Below, piece after piece: positions 46,647 through 55,882 of a DNA stretch of 64,000 nt. A program made the position numbers and the translations under genes. How positions within the stretch are numbered: position 1 is the stretch's first letter; every line of letters begins with the position of its first letter. The stretch is from a virus. The DNA is taken from the IMG/VR virus record IMGVR_UViG_3300047480_000598, positions 1-64,000 of that record. The stretch is one strand, 5' to 3'. A model generated the notes under the pieces. It saw nothing but the letters and a program-made list of their open reading frames with translations, was not told the DNA's origin and did not search any database.

Positions 46647-46668
46647 ATATTTATCCTGCGATAAATAT
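46647..46668. promoter_or_regulatory. Back-to-back divergent late promoters forming a palindrome
   Basis: ATATTTATC-CTGC-GATAAATAT: TAAATA on the minus strand (46648-46653) toward gp13 and on the plus strand (46662-46667) toward gp14. Confidence 0.6.
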
Positions 46669-46672
46669 GAGT

Positions 46673-48244
46673 ATGCCTAGATTATCCCTTTATAAACCTG
46701 AGAAAGGTAACAATTATAAGTTTATAGATCATCATATATCTCAGATGTTTCAAGTCGGGGGTACTGATGTATATGTTCACAAATATATCGGACCTAAAAA
46801 TCCTACAGAAGGAACAGCAGATCAACCGATTTATAATGATATACAAGTAACTAATATACAAGATTTGCTATTCTTAGAAAATCGAGATAGAAAGTACGAT
46901 TCCGAAATATATCTTATAAGAGGTATTTACAATGTTCAAAATATTGATTTTAATTTAAGTCAATTTGGACTATTCATTGATAACGACACGTTGTTTATGA
47001 CTGTACATATTAACGATTTTATCAATTATATCGGAAGAAAACCCATTACAGGAGATGTTCTCGAACTTCCTCATTTGCGAGATACATTTCAGTTAGGAGA
47101 TTACGATGTAGGTCTTCCTAGATATTATGTAATCGAAGACGTAGGTCGTGCAAGTGAAGGATTTAGTGCAACATGGTATCCTCATTTATATAGATTAAAA
47201 CTAAAGAAACTGACTGCAAGTCAACAATTTGATGATATTCTTAATAAACCAGTCGGTGCTGATATTGATCGATTTGTCGGTGAATGGAATAGTAGCGATA
47301 TGTTTTATACTGGTAATATTGTAAGATATAACGGGATACTATACGAAGTTAAACCTGGATACGAGGCACCTAATGGAACTACATCATCACCGACGGATCA
47401 AACAGCATGGTCGGTATACTCCGGAAATACATTAGAAGATATTTTGAGTACTAGACAAAAAGAACTACAAATTAATGATTCAGTAATTGCACAAGCGGAA
47501 GCAGATGCACCATTAAGCGGATACGAAACTAGACACTTTTATACTTTAGCTGTAGACGACCAAACCGGACAAACTTTATTGCAAACAGCAGATCTTGATC
47601 GACTAAGTGCTAGTAATGCATCTTATACAGCCGACGAAACTAACACTCGACCAAAGAGAACTTCATATACTGGTTACCTAGTCGGCGACGGATTCCCTTC
47701 TAATGGTCATAATTTTGGACACGGTATACAATTTCCAGATAATCCAGGTCAAGATGATTATTTCTTAAGAACTGATTTTATGCCTAATAGACTATTTAGG
47801 TTCGATAAATCAAGATGGGTTCGTATAGAAGATGCTGTTCGTACAACAATGACTAATAATAACGCCCGAGCAACTCAGAAAACATCATTCATTAATAACG
47901 AAAATTATATTTACAATGAGATGGTTGCAGTCGATTATGTAAAATTAGAGCAAGGTGATACTATTTTTGATACAAATTTAGATGTTGTTTCGGCAATATA
48001 TCTAGTATTAAAAATACAATCAGATTTAGTGTATTCAGAAACTGCATACACTATTAACGATCATGCAGGTATAATTACAACTTATTTAAATGAGTTAGGA
48101 GATGAAAAAATTAGAGTTACTTTACCTAATGAGATTCCTGCATCTGGTTTATGGAAAATTAGTCTATGTAATAATCGAGAAGAACAGAGACAAAGTTTGT
48201 CAAAAGCTATTAAACCTAGAGCGTCCTTACAATCGGATATATAA
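46673..48244 (+). CDS. gp14: Neck protein (T4 gp14-like), extended
   Basis: MPRLSLY start 5 nt after TAAATA (ORF track 46643); LFLENRDRKY, LSQFGLF, GDVLELPH; lies between gp13-like and gp15-like genes. Confidence 0.7.
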   Translation: MPRLSLYKPEKGNNYKFIDHHISQMFQVGGTDVYVHKYIGPKNPTEGTADQPIYNDIQVTNIQDLLFLENRDRKYDSEIYLIRGIYNVQNIDFNLSQFGLFIDNDTLFMTVHINDFINYIGRKPITGDVLELPHLRDTFQLGDYDVGLPRYYVIEDVGRASEGFSATWYPHLYRLKLKKLTASQQFDDILNKPVGADIDRFVGEWNSSDMFYTGNIVRYNGILYEVKPGYEAPNGTTSSPTDQTAWSVYSGNTLEDILSTRQKELQINDSVIAQAEADAPLSGYETRHFYTLAVDDQTGQTLLQTADLDRLSASNASYTADETNTRPKRTSYTGYLVGDGFPSNGHNFGHGIQFPDNPGQDDYFLRTDFMPNRLFRFDKSRWVRIEDAVRTTMTNNNARATQKTSFINNENYIYNEMVAVDYVKLEQGDTIFDTNLDVVSAIYLVLKIQSDLVYSETAYTINDHAGIITTYLNELGDEKIRVTLPNEIPASGLWKISLCNNREEQRQSLSKAIKPRASLQSDI

Positions 48245-49746
48245 TGAAACATTTTTACGATGCCCAAATAAGAAGATACATTACACAAACTATAAGAATT
48301 TTAAGTAATTTTGTAGTAAAGTACGGAGATGGGTCTTTAGTTAGAGTTCCAGTAATGTACGGCGACATGGACAAACAAGTTGCTAACATTATTAGATCAA
48401 ATTCAGAAAATGCAGTAAATGCTTCTCCGAGAATTGCAGTATATGTGTCCGATCTAGATATTGACAGAGATAGATTAAGTGATTCGACTTATGTCGGTAA
48501 GTTACATATTAGGGAAAGGGACATTGTTGACGAAACATATACTGTAGGTCAGGGTCGTAACTACACAGTTGAACGCCTTATGCCTACTCCGTATAAGTTA
48601 AGTTTAAAGGTTGACATTTGGTCGTCAAACACCGATCAAAAATTACAAATCTTGGAACAAATTTTAGTACTGTTTAATCCTAGCTTAGAATTACAAACTA
48701 CAGATAATTATATCGATTGGACAAGTTTAACAGTTCTTAACTTAGATAGAGTTACATGGTCAAGTCGATCAGTTCCTATCGGTACTCAGGAAACTCCGAT
48801 TGATATTGCTACTTTAAATTTAACTACTCCAATATGGATCAGTCCTCCGGCTAAAGTTAAGCATCTCGGTGTTATAACTAAAATTATAACTAGTTTTTAC
48901 AATTCGGCAACGACTGAAAACGATGCAGGTTATGTCGAGGGGTTAGGTCATCCGTTAATCAACCCGTCATCAGAGGTAACAATGCAAGGTCAATTGTCAA
49001 GGGATTATACAACCATAACTGATTATAATCTTCAAGTTTACAATAATTCTCAAGGACAAGGACAAGCGATCGCTTTAGGCAAATCTGAAAATGTATCATC
49101 GAGAGATTCATCTTTAGATATTCCAGTAAGATCAGGAGCTCCTATTTTATGGAAGGATGTGTTTGATCGTTATCCCGGCCAATACGTTGCCGGATCGTCG
49201 ACATTATTTTTAACTCAATCGAACGGAACTGAAATTGTCGGTACTGTAGCTATAAATCCCTTAGACGAAACTATCTTAACAGTATCATGGGACCCGGATA
49301 CTTTAACTACTAACACAGGAATTGATAGCCAAGGATATCTAGACATGGATATTGATTACAATGCCGAAAGCAGTTATCGATCAAGTAGCCCAGGAACATT
49401 TGATGCAATTATTGATCCGTTAAAAGTCGGACCCGGACACGGAATTAGTAATTTGCAAGCAGGTGATAGATTTTTAATTATCGAAGATATTGGATCAAAT
49501 TTAAATACAGAAGGTGCAATAGCATGGAGAAATACTGATAACTCCGATCTTATTGCTTATGCTAATGATATTATAGAATGGTCAGGAACACAATGGTCGG
49601 TTATTTTTAACTCTAGTGTACAAACTGATTCGATTGTGTATCAAACTAATGTGTTTACCGGTGTACAATATGTTTGGAACGGAGTACAATGGTCTAAATC
49701 ATTCGAGGGAGATTATCGTCGAGGTTTTTGGAGAATCGAACTCTAA
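48244..49746 (+). CDS. gp15: Tail sheath stabiliser/terminator (T4 gp15-like), C-terminally extended
   Basis: HFYDAQIRRY..F..F, VPVMYG, PRIAV, MPTPY.L..IW..NTDQKLQILEQILVLFNP. Confidence 0.8.
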   Translation: MKHFYDAQIRRYITQTIRILSNFVVKYGDGSLVRVPVMYGDMDKQVANIIRSNSENAVNASPRIAVYVSDLDIDRDRLSDSTYVGKLHIRERDIVDETYTVGQGRNYTVERLMPTPYKLSLKVDIWSSNTDQKLQILEQILVLFNPSLELQTTDNYIDWTSLTVLNLDRVTWSSRSVPIGTQETPIDIATLNLTTPIWISPPAKVKHLGVITKIITSFYNSATTENDAGYVEGLGHPLINPSSEVTMQGQLSRDYTTITDYNLQVYNNSQGQGQAIALGKSENVSSRDSSLDIPVRSGAPILWKDVFDRYPGQYVAGSSTLFLTQSNGTEIVGTVAINPLDETILTVSWDPDTLTTNTGIDSQGYLDMDIDYNAESSYRSSSPGTFDAIIDPLKVGPGHGISNLQAGDRFLIIEDIGSNLNTEGAIAWRNTDNSDLIAYANDIIEWSGTQWSVIFNSSVQTDSIVYQTNVFTGVQYVWNGVQWSKSFEGDYRRGFWRIEL

Positions 49747-49783
49747 AACTCTTTCTTATTAAATTTTAAAAACTATATAGTGT

Positions 49784-50218
49784 ATGGTTGATAAAATTGT
49801 TTGTAGTGGTGCCCTAGTATATTCAAAAGAAACTAAAAGATTTTTATTATTACAAAAATCTCATGGAAAGCACTCCGGTACATGGGGTTTAGTAGGCGGA
49901 ACTACTGTCGAAGGAGAAAATCCGTGGCAAGGGTTGCAAAGAGAAATTGTTGAAGAAATTGGATCTATTCCGGCGATAATTAAAACTATTCCGATAGAAA
50001 CATTTGTATCTAACGATACTGTTTTTCATTTTCACACATACTTATGTGTAGTCGAAAACGAATTTATTCCAGTGTTAAGTGACGAGCATTGTGGATGGTC
50101 GTGGGCTACAATTGACAAATCGCCAAAACCTCTGCATCAAGGATTAAAAAATAGTTTTTCGAGTAAAATTATTCGAGCTAAAATACAAACAATTTTTGAT
50201 TTAATGGATTTAATATAA
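49784..50218 (+). CDS. NUDIX hydrolase
   Basis: WGLVGGTTVEGENPWQGLQREIVEEIG Nudix box; LSDEH..W. Confidence 0.88.
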   Translation: MVDKIVCSGALVYSKETKRFLLLQKSHGKHSGTWGLVGGTTVEGENPWQGLQREIVEEIGSIPAIIKTIPIETFVSNDTVFHFHTYLCVVENEFIPVLSDEHCGWSWATIDKSPKPLHQGLKNSFSSKIIRAKIQTIFDLMDLI

Positions 50219-51039
50219 TGTGGTTTAAAAAGAAAAGTTGGGTTCGATTTTATTCTCTAGATCAAAATGTTGCTACTGTTTATCCGATTATCGAATCTAA
50301 AGTAACTCCTCGAGATTGGAACGGGGTTGGAAATTTAGAGAGAAATAGGCCCGAACAAGGTAAACAAACTGTACTAAATTGTCCTGCAATAAAACAAGTT
50401 ACGAGCATAGGGTATGTATTAAAAGCGCCTGCTGATTTTGTTATTAAAACCGACGGTAACCATTCACCGATATCTTGGGAAACTCCGATTTTATTTAAAC
50501 GGCATAGTGACAAATACACATTTAGCACTTCTGATTATTATGTTAGTTGGCATAGCCCTGCACAAACAGAACCGGTTATTCCTCGCGAATGCCCTCATGC
50601 AGATAAAGAATACATGCATAGTGCGATAAAAGTCGAAACTCCATGGAGAGTAAAGTCTAGCGATGATATTGTATTATTACAATTACCTGTAACTTATAAT
50701 AACGAAGAACGATTTAGCGCCGCAGTTGGAATAGTTGATCCTCGATATATGCATGCCATTAGTGTACAACTGTTATGGCATATCACCAAAGGTGAAACTT
50801 TAATAAGAGCAGGTACACCTCTAGTTCAGTATATTCCCGTTAGTAGAAAACTACTAGAAAAGGGTAATATTGATTTTATTGTTGATACAGCAACCTCTGT
50901 TGAAGAGGAAATCGAAGATGCATATATTTTCTCAAATCATAGTCGATTTCCAAGAAGTGACACAGTAACAAATAAAATTAAAGTTATTACATCGTTGTTT
51001 GATTATTTTAGAAAGAAATATCCAAGATCTAAAATTTAA
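50218..51039 (+). CDS. Hypothetical protein, probable beta-clip (dUTPase-like) fold
   Basis: CPAIK..GYVLKAPAD, KVETPW, GIVD, IRAGTPLVQYIP. Confidence 0.55.
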   Translation: MWFKKKSWVRFYSLDQNVATVYPIIESKVTPRDWNGVGNLERNRPEQGKQTVLNCPAIKQVTSIGYVLKAPADFVIKTDGNHSPISWETPILFKRHSDKYTFSTSDYYVSWHSPAQTEPVIPRECPHADKEYMHSAIKVETPWRVKSSDDIVLLQLPVTYNNEERFSAAVGIVDPRYMHAISVQLLWHITKGETLIRAGTPLVQYIPVSRKLLEKGNIDFIVDTATSVEEEIEDAYIFSNHSRFPRSDTVTNKIKVITSLFDYFRKKYPRSKI

Positions 51040-51626
51040 ATTACTAATCGTGTAAGAGGGGCTAGATTAATATTACCTTTTACAAATGTATTAAATGCCA
51101 AACTAATCCTGGGAGTTTCTCCAATATATTCCTCAACTAAGTGTTCAACGTTACTTGGAAACAAAATCATCGATCCAACCTCTGGAGTCATAGACCAACT
51201 TCTAGAATTATATAAGTTAGCTTCTACGATATTATATTCAATAGTATCAAACTGGCTTGTGATAAATTTAATTCGTCCGCTGTCTCCAGCTGATTCAAGA
51301 AATACAACTCCGGATACTATCGAGTTTGGGTGCCAATGTCGATGATGGGATTGCCTACATTCTGTTTTATTAAACCAGCTTTCTGTAATATATATTTCAA
51401 CATCTTGATTAGCTCCCATTACCCCATAAAAGTATTCCGATAATCCATCTGATATTCCAGATAGTAAATTACTATATTTTGATTCAGATAATACATTCTG
51501 TGATGTACTAATCCAATTTTGATAATTTTGTGCCCATTGTATTTCCGATAAATCTACATTAGTAGTGTTTAAATACGTTTTAAATACAGGTTTTGAAAAT
51601 AAAGGTATTAACGACTTTTCATTCAT
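51036..51626 (-). CDS. Fe(II)/2OG oxygenase-like, TIGR02466 type
   Basis: ESWFN, HRHWHPNSIVSGVVF, ILFPSNVEH, RISLAFN. Confidence 0.8.
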   Translation of the reverse strand: MNEKSLIPLFSKPVFKTYLNTTNVDLSEIQWAQNYQNWISTSQNVLSESKYSNLLSGISDGLSEYFYGVMGANQDVEIYITESWFNKTECRQSHHRHWHPNSIVSGVVFLESAGDSGRIKFITSQFDTIEYNIVEANLYNSRSWSMTPEVGSMILFPSNVEHLVEEYIGETPRISLAFNTFVKGNINLAPLTRLVI

Positions 51627-51698
51627 AAATCTCTCTAAATTTAAGAAAAGTATATAGTCATTTGATATATATTACTACCAAATAAACGATATTTTCAC

Positions 51699-52277
51699 AT
51701 GGAATTAAAAGAACACATCGCATCATTTACAAAAGTAATGACGCACAAAGAATGTCAAATTCTTATCGATCATTATAACACATTGTCGAATCTAAATCTG
51801 AGCTTTACTCGAATTGATCTTAGAGATGCACCAAATCATAAAAAATCAGATACAGCAGTATTTGTATTAGAAGAATCGTCTGTACGAATTACTCCAGATA
51901 TGGGATTTTTAAATTTTTTCTTAGATAGGCTTTGGAAATGCTATGAAGAATATACTACTAAGTATAGCATCCTTGAACAAGCCAACAAACATCAAGTTAG
52001 ATCGATGAAAATTCAGAAAACTCTTCCGGGTGAAGGTTATCATGTGTGGCATTTTGAATCTGATACATTAGAACATTCATCTAGACTCATAACTTGGGGA
52101 TTATATCTCAATACAGTGGAAGAAGGAGGAGAAACTGAATTTTTATATCAAGGGTTGAGAGTTTCGGCAGTTGAAGGAACATTAGTAATGTGGCCAGCTA
52201 CTTATACCCATGTTCATCGAGGTAATCCTCCGTTAAGTGGAGAAAAGTATCTTCTTACAGGATGGATTGAATATTAA
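51699..52277 (+). CDS. Fe(II)/2OG oxygenase (prolyl-4-hydroxylase-like)
   Basis: GYHVWHFE, YLNTVEEGGETEF, WPATYTHVHRGNPP, KYLLTGW. Confidence 0.85.
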   Translation: MELKEHIASFTKVMTHKECQILIDHYNTLSNLNLSFTRIDLRDAPNHKKSDTAVFVLEESSVRITPDMGFLNFFLDRLWKCYEEYTTKYSILEQANKHQVRSMKIQKTLPGEGYHVWHFESDTLEHSSRLITWGLYLNTVEEGGETEFLYQGLRVSAVEGTLVMWPATYTHVHRGNPPLSGEKYLLTGWIEY

Positions 52278-52900
52278 TGGAAGTTCTTAATCTATTTCCT
52301 ACTGAAGTTTTTGTTTTTAAAAATTTAACAATTGATAATTCTAATTTAATTATTAATCTAGAAAAGTTTGCAGACCAAGTTAAACAATCAAGTAACATAA
52401 GTTATATTAGAAATATTCATGATAAACAAGAAACTAAAGAATTGTTCGATTGGTGCAAAAATTGCTTAGAAGAAATTAGATTAAAGAATCGTTATGATTG
52501 TGATCAATTTGAAATTACAAGTAGTTGGTTTAATAGAGCATTACCAAATTCCGGAATGTGCCAAAATTACCACAGGCATTCTTTAAGTTTTTTTAGTGCT
52601 GTTTATTATCTTACCGACGGATCTCCTACTGTTTTTGAAGATCCTGTAATTCATAGAACACAAGCACAATTAGAAGTATTACGAAAAGATTTCAATCCAT
52701 ATGAATACATACAACCCGAGCCGGGAAAATTAGTAGTTTTTCCAAGTTGGCTGTATCACACTTCTTTACCTCATGTTACAGGTAAGGATAGATATATTAT
52801 CAGTTTTAACACTTTGCCGACGGGGTACGTAAATTATAATGTTGCTACAGATTCCGTTGCTCATATCACATTAGAAACTAAAGAAAAAAAATATGATTAA
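52277..52900 (+). CDS. Fe(II)/2OG oxygenase-like, TIGR02466 type
   Basis: SSWFN, YHRHS..FSAVYY, VFPSWLYH, RYIISFN. Confidence 0.8.
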   Translation: MEVLNLFPTEVFVFKNLTIDNSNLIINLEKFADQVKQSSNISYIRNIHDKQETKELFDWCKNCLEEIRLKNRYDCDQFEITSSWFNRALPNSGMCQNYHRHSLSFFSAVYYLTDGSPTVFEDPVIHRTQAQLEVLRKDFNPYEYIQPEPGKLVVFPSWLYHTSLPHVTGKDRYIISFNTLPTGYVNYNVATDSVAHITLETKEKKYD

Positions 52901-54380
52901 TTCAGTATGTGTGTTAGGAGGAGGTAATGCAGGTCTAATGGCTGCACTTTATCTTAAAACTTCATTACCTGCATTAGATGTATTGCTTATTAAATCTAAA
53001 AAAATCGGTACAATCGGAGTCGGTGAAGGAAGTACAGAACATTGGTCAGCATTTGCCAATGCAGTTGGGATCAACATAGTCGATTTAATACAGCATTGTG
53101 GTGCTACTATTAAAATAGGTATAAAATTTGAAAATTGGCACGGAGATGGAACTAGTTATTTTCATAGTCTTCCGGAATTTTTAGCATCAATGCATTCATA
53201 CTCTGGTGCACCGTATACTTTAATGAGATTAATAGGCGACGGCATAGGAACTGAACAATTACATTGGGACTTACCGATGAAAGGATATGTTCGAGAACCG
53301 TTAACTGACTATTATCAATTTCATTTTGATAGTGAAAAACTAAATTTGTTTTTAGAAGATAGATGTAAGTTAATCGGAATTAAAATTATTGATACTGAGA
53401 TTGTTGGACCGGAATTAGACAATGAAGGATTTGTACAAAATATTGTCGATGTTAATAGCCGACGATTTTATGCTGATTTCTTCATCGACAGTAGTGGATT
53501 TAACAGAGTCATTGCTTCTAAATTAGGAGCAGAATGGGTTGATTGGTCAAAATATTTACCTTTGAATAGTGCCATTGCATTTCAAACAGCGTATGAAGAA
53601 GAGATCCCTCCCTATACTTTAGCAAAAGCTATGAGCAGTGGGTGGCATTGGAGAAGTCCAGTACAGGATCGATATGGAAACGGATATGTATTTAGTGACC
53701 ATTTTATCTCAGAGACACAAGCAATCGATGAAATTCAAAAACAGTTTAAAGATACCATTCATATCGGACGAAAAATAAACTATATCTCAGGGAAAGTTAA
53801 TCGAGCATGGATTAAAAATTGTGTGTCTATTGGACTTAGTAGTAATTTTGTTGAACCTTTAGAGGCGAGTAGTATTTCGACTACTATAAAACAACTACAG
53901 TTATTAACTACTACAATGTGGAATTGGTCTAAAGAAGATGTTAATGGAATTAAATCTTATAATGCAAACGTCGATGATATGATGAATAACATCTTAGACT
54001 TTATACAGCTTCATTATTTTACACAAAGAGATGATACTAATTTTTGGAAATGGTGTAAGAATGAGATTGTCATGACTGATTTTAATAAAGAAAATTTAGA
54101 ATATTTTAAGAAAAATTTTGTAAATCATGCATTATTACCCGAGGACAGTGTATTCCAGAATTATCGTATATATGATTGTTTAAATTGGATTCAAGTAATG
54201 CACGGGTTACGAATGTTTGATACTGCAAAAATTAAAGAATTATATGAAAAGCATTTTGGTTTTATGAGGTATGCAGATGAACAAAATATTTCTACAATTC
54301 AAAATAATAAAACCGACGAATGGATGACTTGTCGTGAAGCGATTAATTTTGTTAAGAATCCAAAGGTATATAAATTATGA
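52893..54380 (+). CDS. Flavin-dependent (tryptophan-halogenase family) halogenase 1
   Basis: GGGNAG, GVGEGS, ATIKIGIKFENW (catalytic Lys), FIDSSGF, GWHWRSP, FVEPLEAS. Confidence 0.88.
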   Translation: MINSVCVLGGGNAGLMAALYLKTSLPALDVLLIKSKKIGTIGVGEGSTEHWSAFANAVGINIVDLIQHCGATIKIGIKFENWHGDGTSYFHSLPEFLASMHSYSGAPYTLMRLIGDGIGTEQLHWDLPMKGYVREPLTDYYQFHFDSEKLNLFLEDRCKLIGIKIIDTEIVGPELDNEGFVQNIVDVNSRRFYADFFIDSSGFNRVIASKLGAEWVDWSKYLPLNSAIAFQTAYEEEIPPYTLAKAMSSGWHWRSPVQDRYGNGYVFSDHFISETQAIDEIQKQFKDTIHIGRKINYISGKVNRAWIKNCVSIGLSSNFVEPLEASSISTTIKQLQLLTTTMWNWSKEDVNGIKSYNANVDDMMNNILDFIQLHYFTQRDDTNFWKWCKNEIVMTDFNKENLEYFKKNFVNHALLPEDSVFQNYRIYDCLNWIQVMHGLRMFDTAKIKELYEKHFGFMRYADEQNISTIQNNKTDEWMTCREAINFVKNPKVYKL

Positions 54381-55882
54381 TTAACTCTTTGTGTATTTTG
54401 GGCGGGGGTACTAGTGGATTAGTCTCAGCATTAATACTTAGGAAAGGTTGGCCTGAACTTAAAATTACTATTATCGAAAGTTCAAAATATGGAATTGCCG
54501 GAGTTGGAGAAGGTAGTACCGAACATTGGAAGAACTTTATTCAGCATGTTGATATTACAATACCTGATTTAATCAGAGAGACAGATGCTACATTTAAAAT
54601 GGGTATTAAATTTACAAATTGGCATGGTGATAATACACACTATTTCCATAGTTTATCAGAACAATGGGGCGGTATAAGTAGAACTAATGGAGTTCCGTTT
54701 ACTTTTGCAAAACAAATTAGTGAAAATGTTGATCCGTTAGAAACAGCATGGCATTTATCTAAAAATAGTCGACATATTGAACCTTTACATGATATTCTTA
54801 GCCAATATCATTTTGATACATTTAAATTAAATGAATTTTTACATAAAAAATGTATCGAACGAAATATCGATATTATTGATACTGAAATTAATGACGTGAT
54901 CTTAGATAACGAAGGTCATGTGAAGTCGTTACTCGATTGTAATAATAACATTCATTCTTACGAATTTTATGTTGATTGCAGTGGATTTCGACGTGTAATA
55001 GGTTCTAAATTAGGGGCTAAATGGATTGATAGAAGTGCGCAATTACCGATGAACTCTGCAATTGCATTCCCTACCAGTTACAAAGAAGAAATTCCATCAT
55101 ATACAGAAGCTACCGCATTAAGTAGCGGTTGGTGTTGGCGAATTCCGACGCAAGAAAGATTTGGAAACGGTTATGTATTTTGTGATCAATTTATTACCGA
55201 AACTAAAGCATACGACGAAGTACAACAACATTACAAAAATTTAGGTATTAATGATTCGATAGACATTGGACGAACTTTCAAATTTCAAGCAGGATATGTT
55301 GATAAATTTTGGATTAAAAACTGTGTAATGGTGGGGCTATCAGGTGTATTCGTGGAGCCACTGGAAGCTAGTTCGATAGGAACAACAATTCAACAACTCT
55401 TTATATTAGTAGCATCTTTATTTTATTATGATCGAACCAATTCCAATACTGCTACTAGATATAACAAACATATGACTGAAATTTCTGAAAATATTATTGA
55501 TTTTATACAATTGCATTATTTTACTCAGCGTGAAGATACTGAGTTCTGGAAATGGTGTAAACACAACATTAAATTAACAGATTTTAACGCCGAAAATTTA
55601 GATCATTTTAAAAATGATTTTGTAAATGCACAATTTTTTGGAACTCCGATGGTATTGTTTTCTCAATTAAATTGGATTCAAGTAATGCATGGACTAAGGT
55701 TGTTTAATATTCCTGCACTAAAGGAGAAATATGATAAACATATGAAGGATATTTATACTTCGGTCGTAAACAATATAATGGAAGAAGATCGCGAATTTGT
55801 TAAAAAGAGGGAATCCTTTCCTCATCGTATTGCATTAGAAATGATTAAGGAGAGGTTCAATGAAGTTAAAATACAACTCTAA
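54377..55882 (+). CDS. Flavin-dependent (tryptophan-halogenase family) halogenase 2
   Basis: GGGTSG, GVGEGS, ATFKMGIKFTNW, VDCSGF, GWCWRIP, FVEPLEAS. Confidence 0.9.
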   Translation: MINSLCILGGGTSGLVSALILRKGWPELKITIIESSKYGIAGVGEGSTEHWKNFIQHVDITIPDLIRETDATFKMGIKFTNWHGDNTHYFHSLSEQWGGISRTNGVPFTFAKQISENVDPLETAWHLSKNSRHIEPLHDILSQYHFDTFKLNEFLHKKCIERNIDIIDTEINDVILDNEGHVKSLLDCNNNIHSYEFYVDCSGFRRVIGSKLGAKWIDRSAQLPMNSAIAFPTSYKEEIPSYTEATALSSGWCWRIPTQERFGNGYVFCDQFITETKAYDEVQQHYKNLGINDSIDIGRTFKFQAGYVDKFWIKNCVMVGLSGVFVEPLEASSIGTTIQQLFILVASLFYYDRTNSNTATRYNKHMTEISENIIDFIQLHYFTQREDTEFWKWCKHNIKLTDFNAENLDHFKNDFVNAQFFGTPMVLFSQLNWIQVMHGLRLFNIPALKEKYDKHMKDIYTSVVNNIMEEDREFVKKRESFPHRIALEMIKERFNEVKIQL

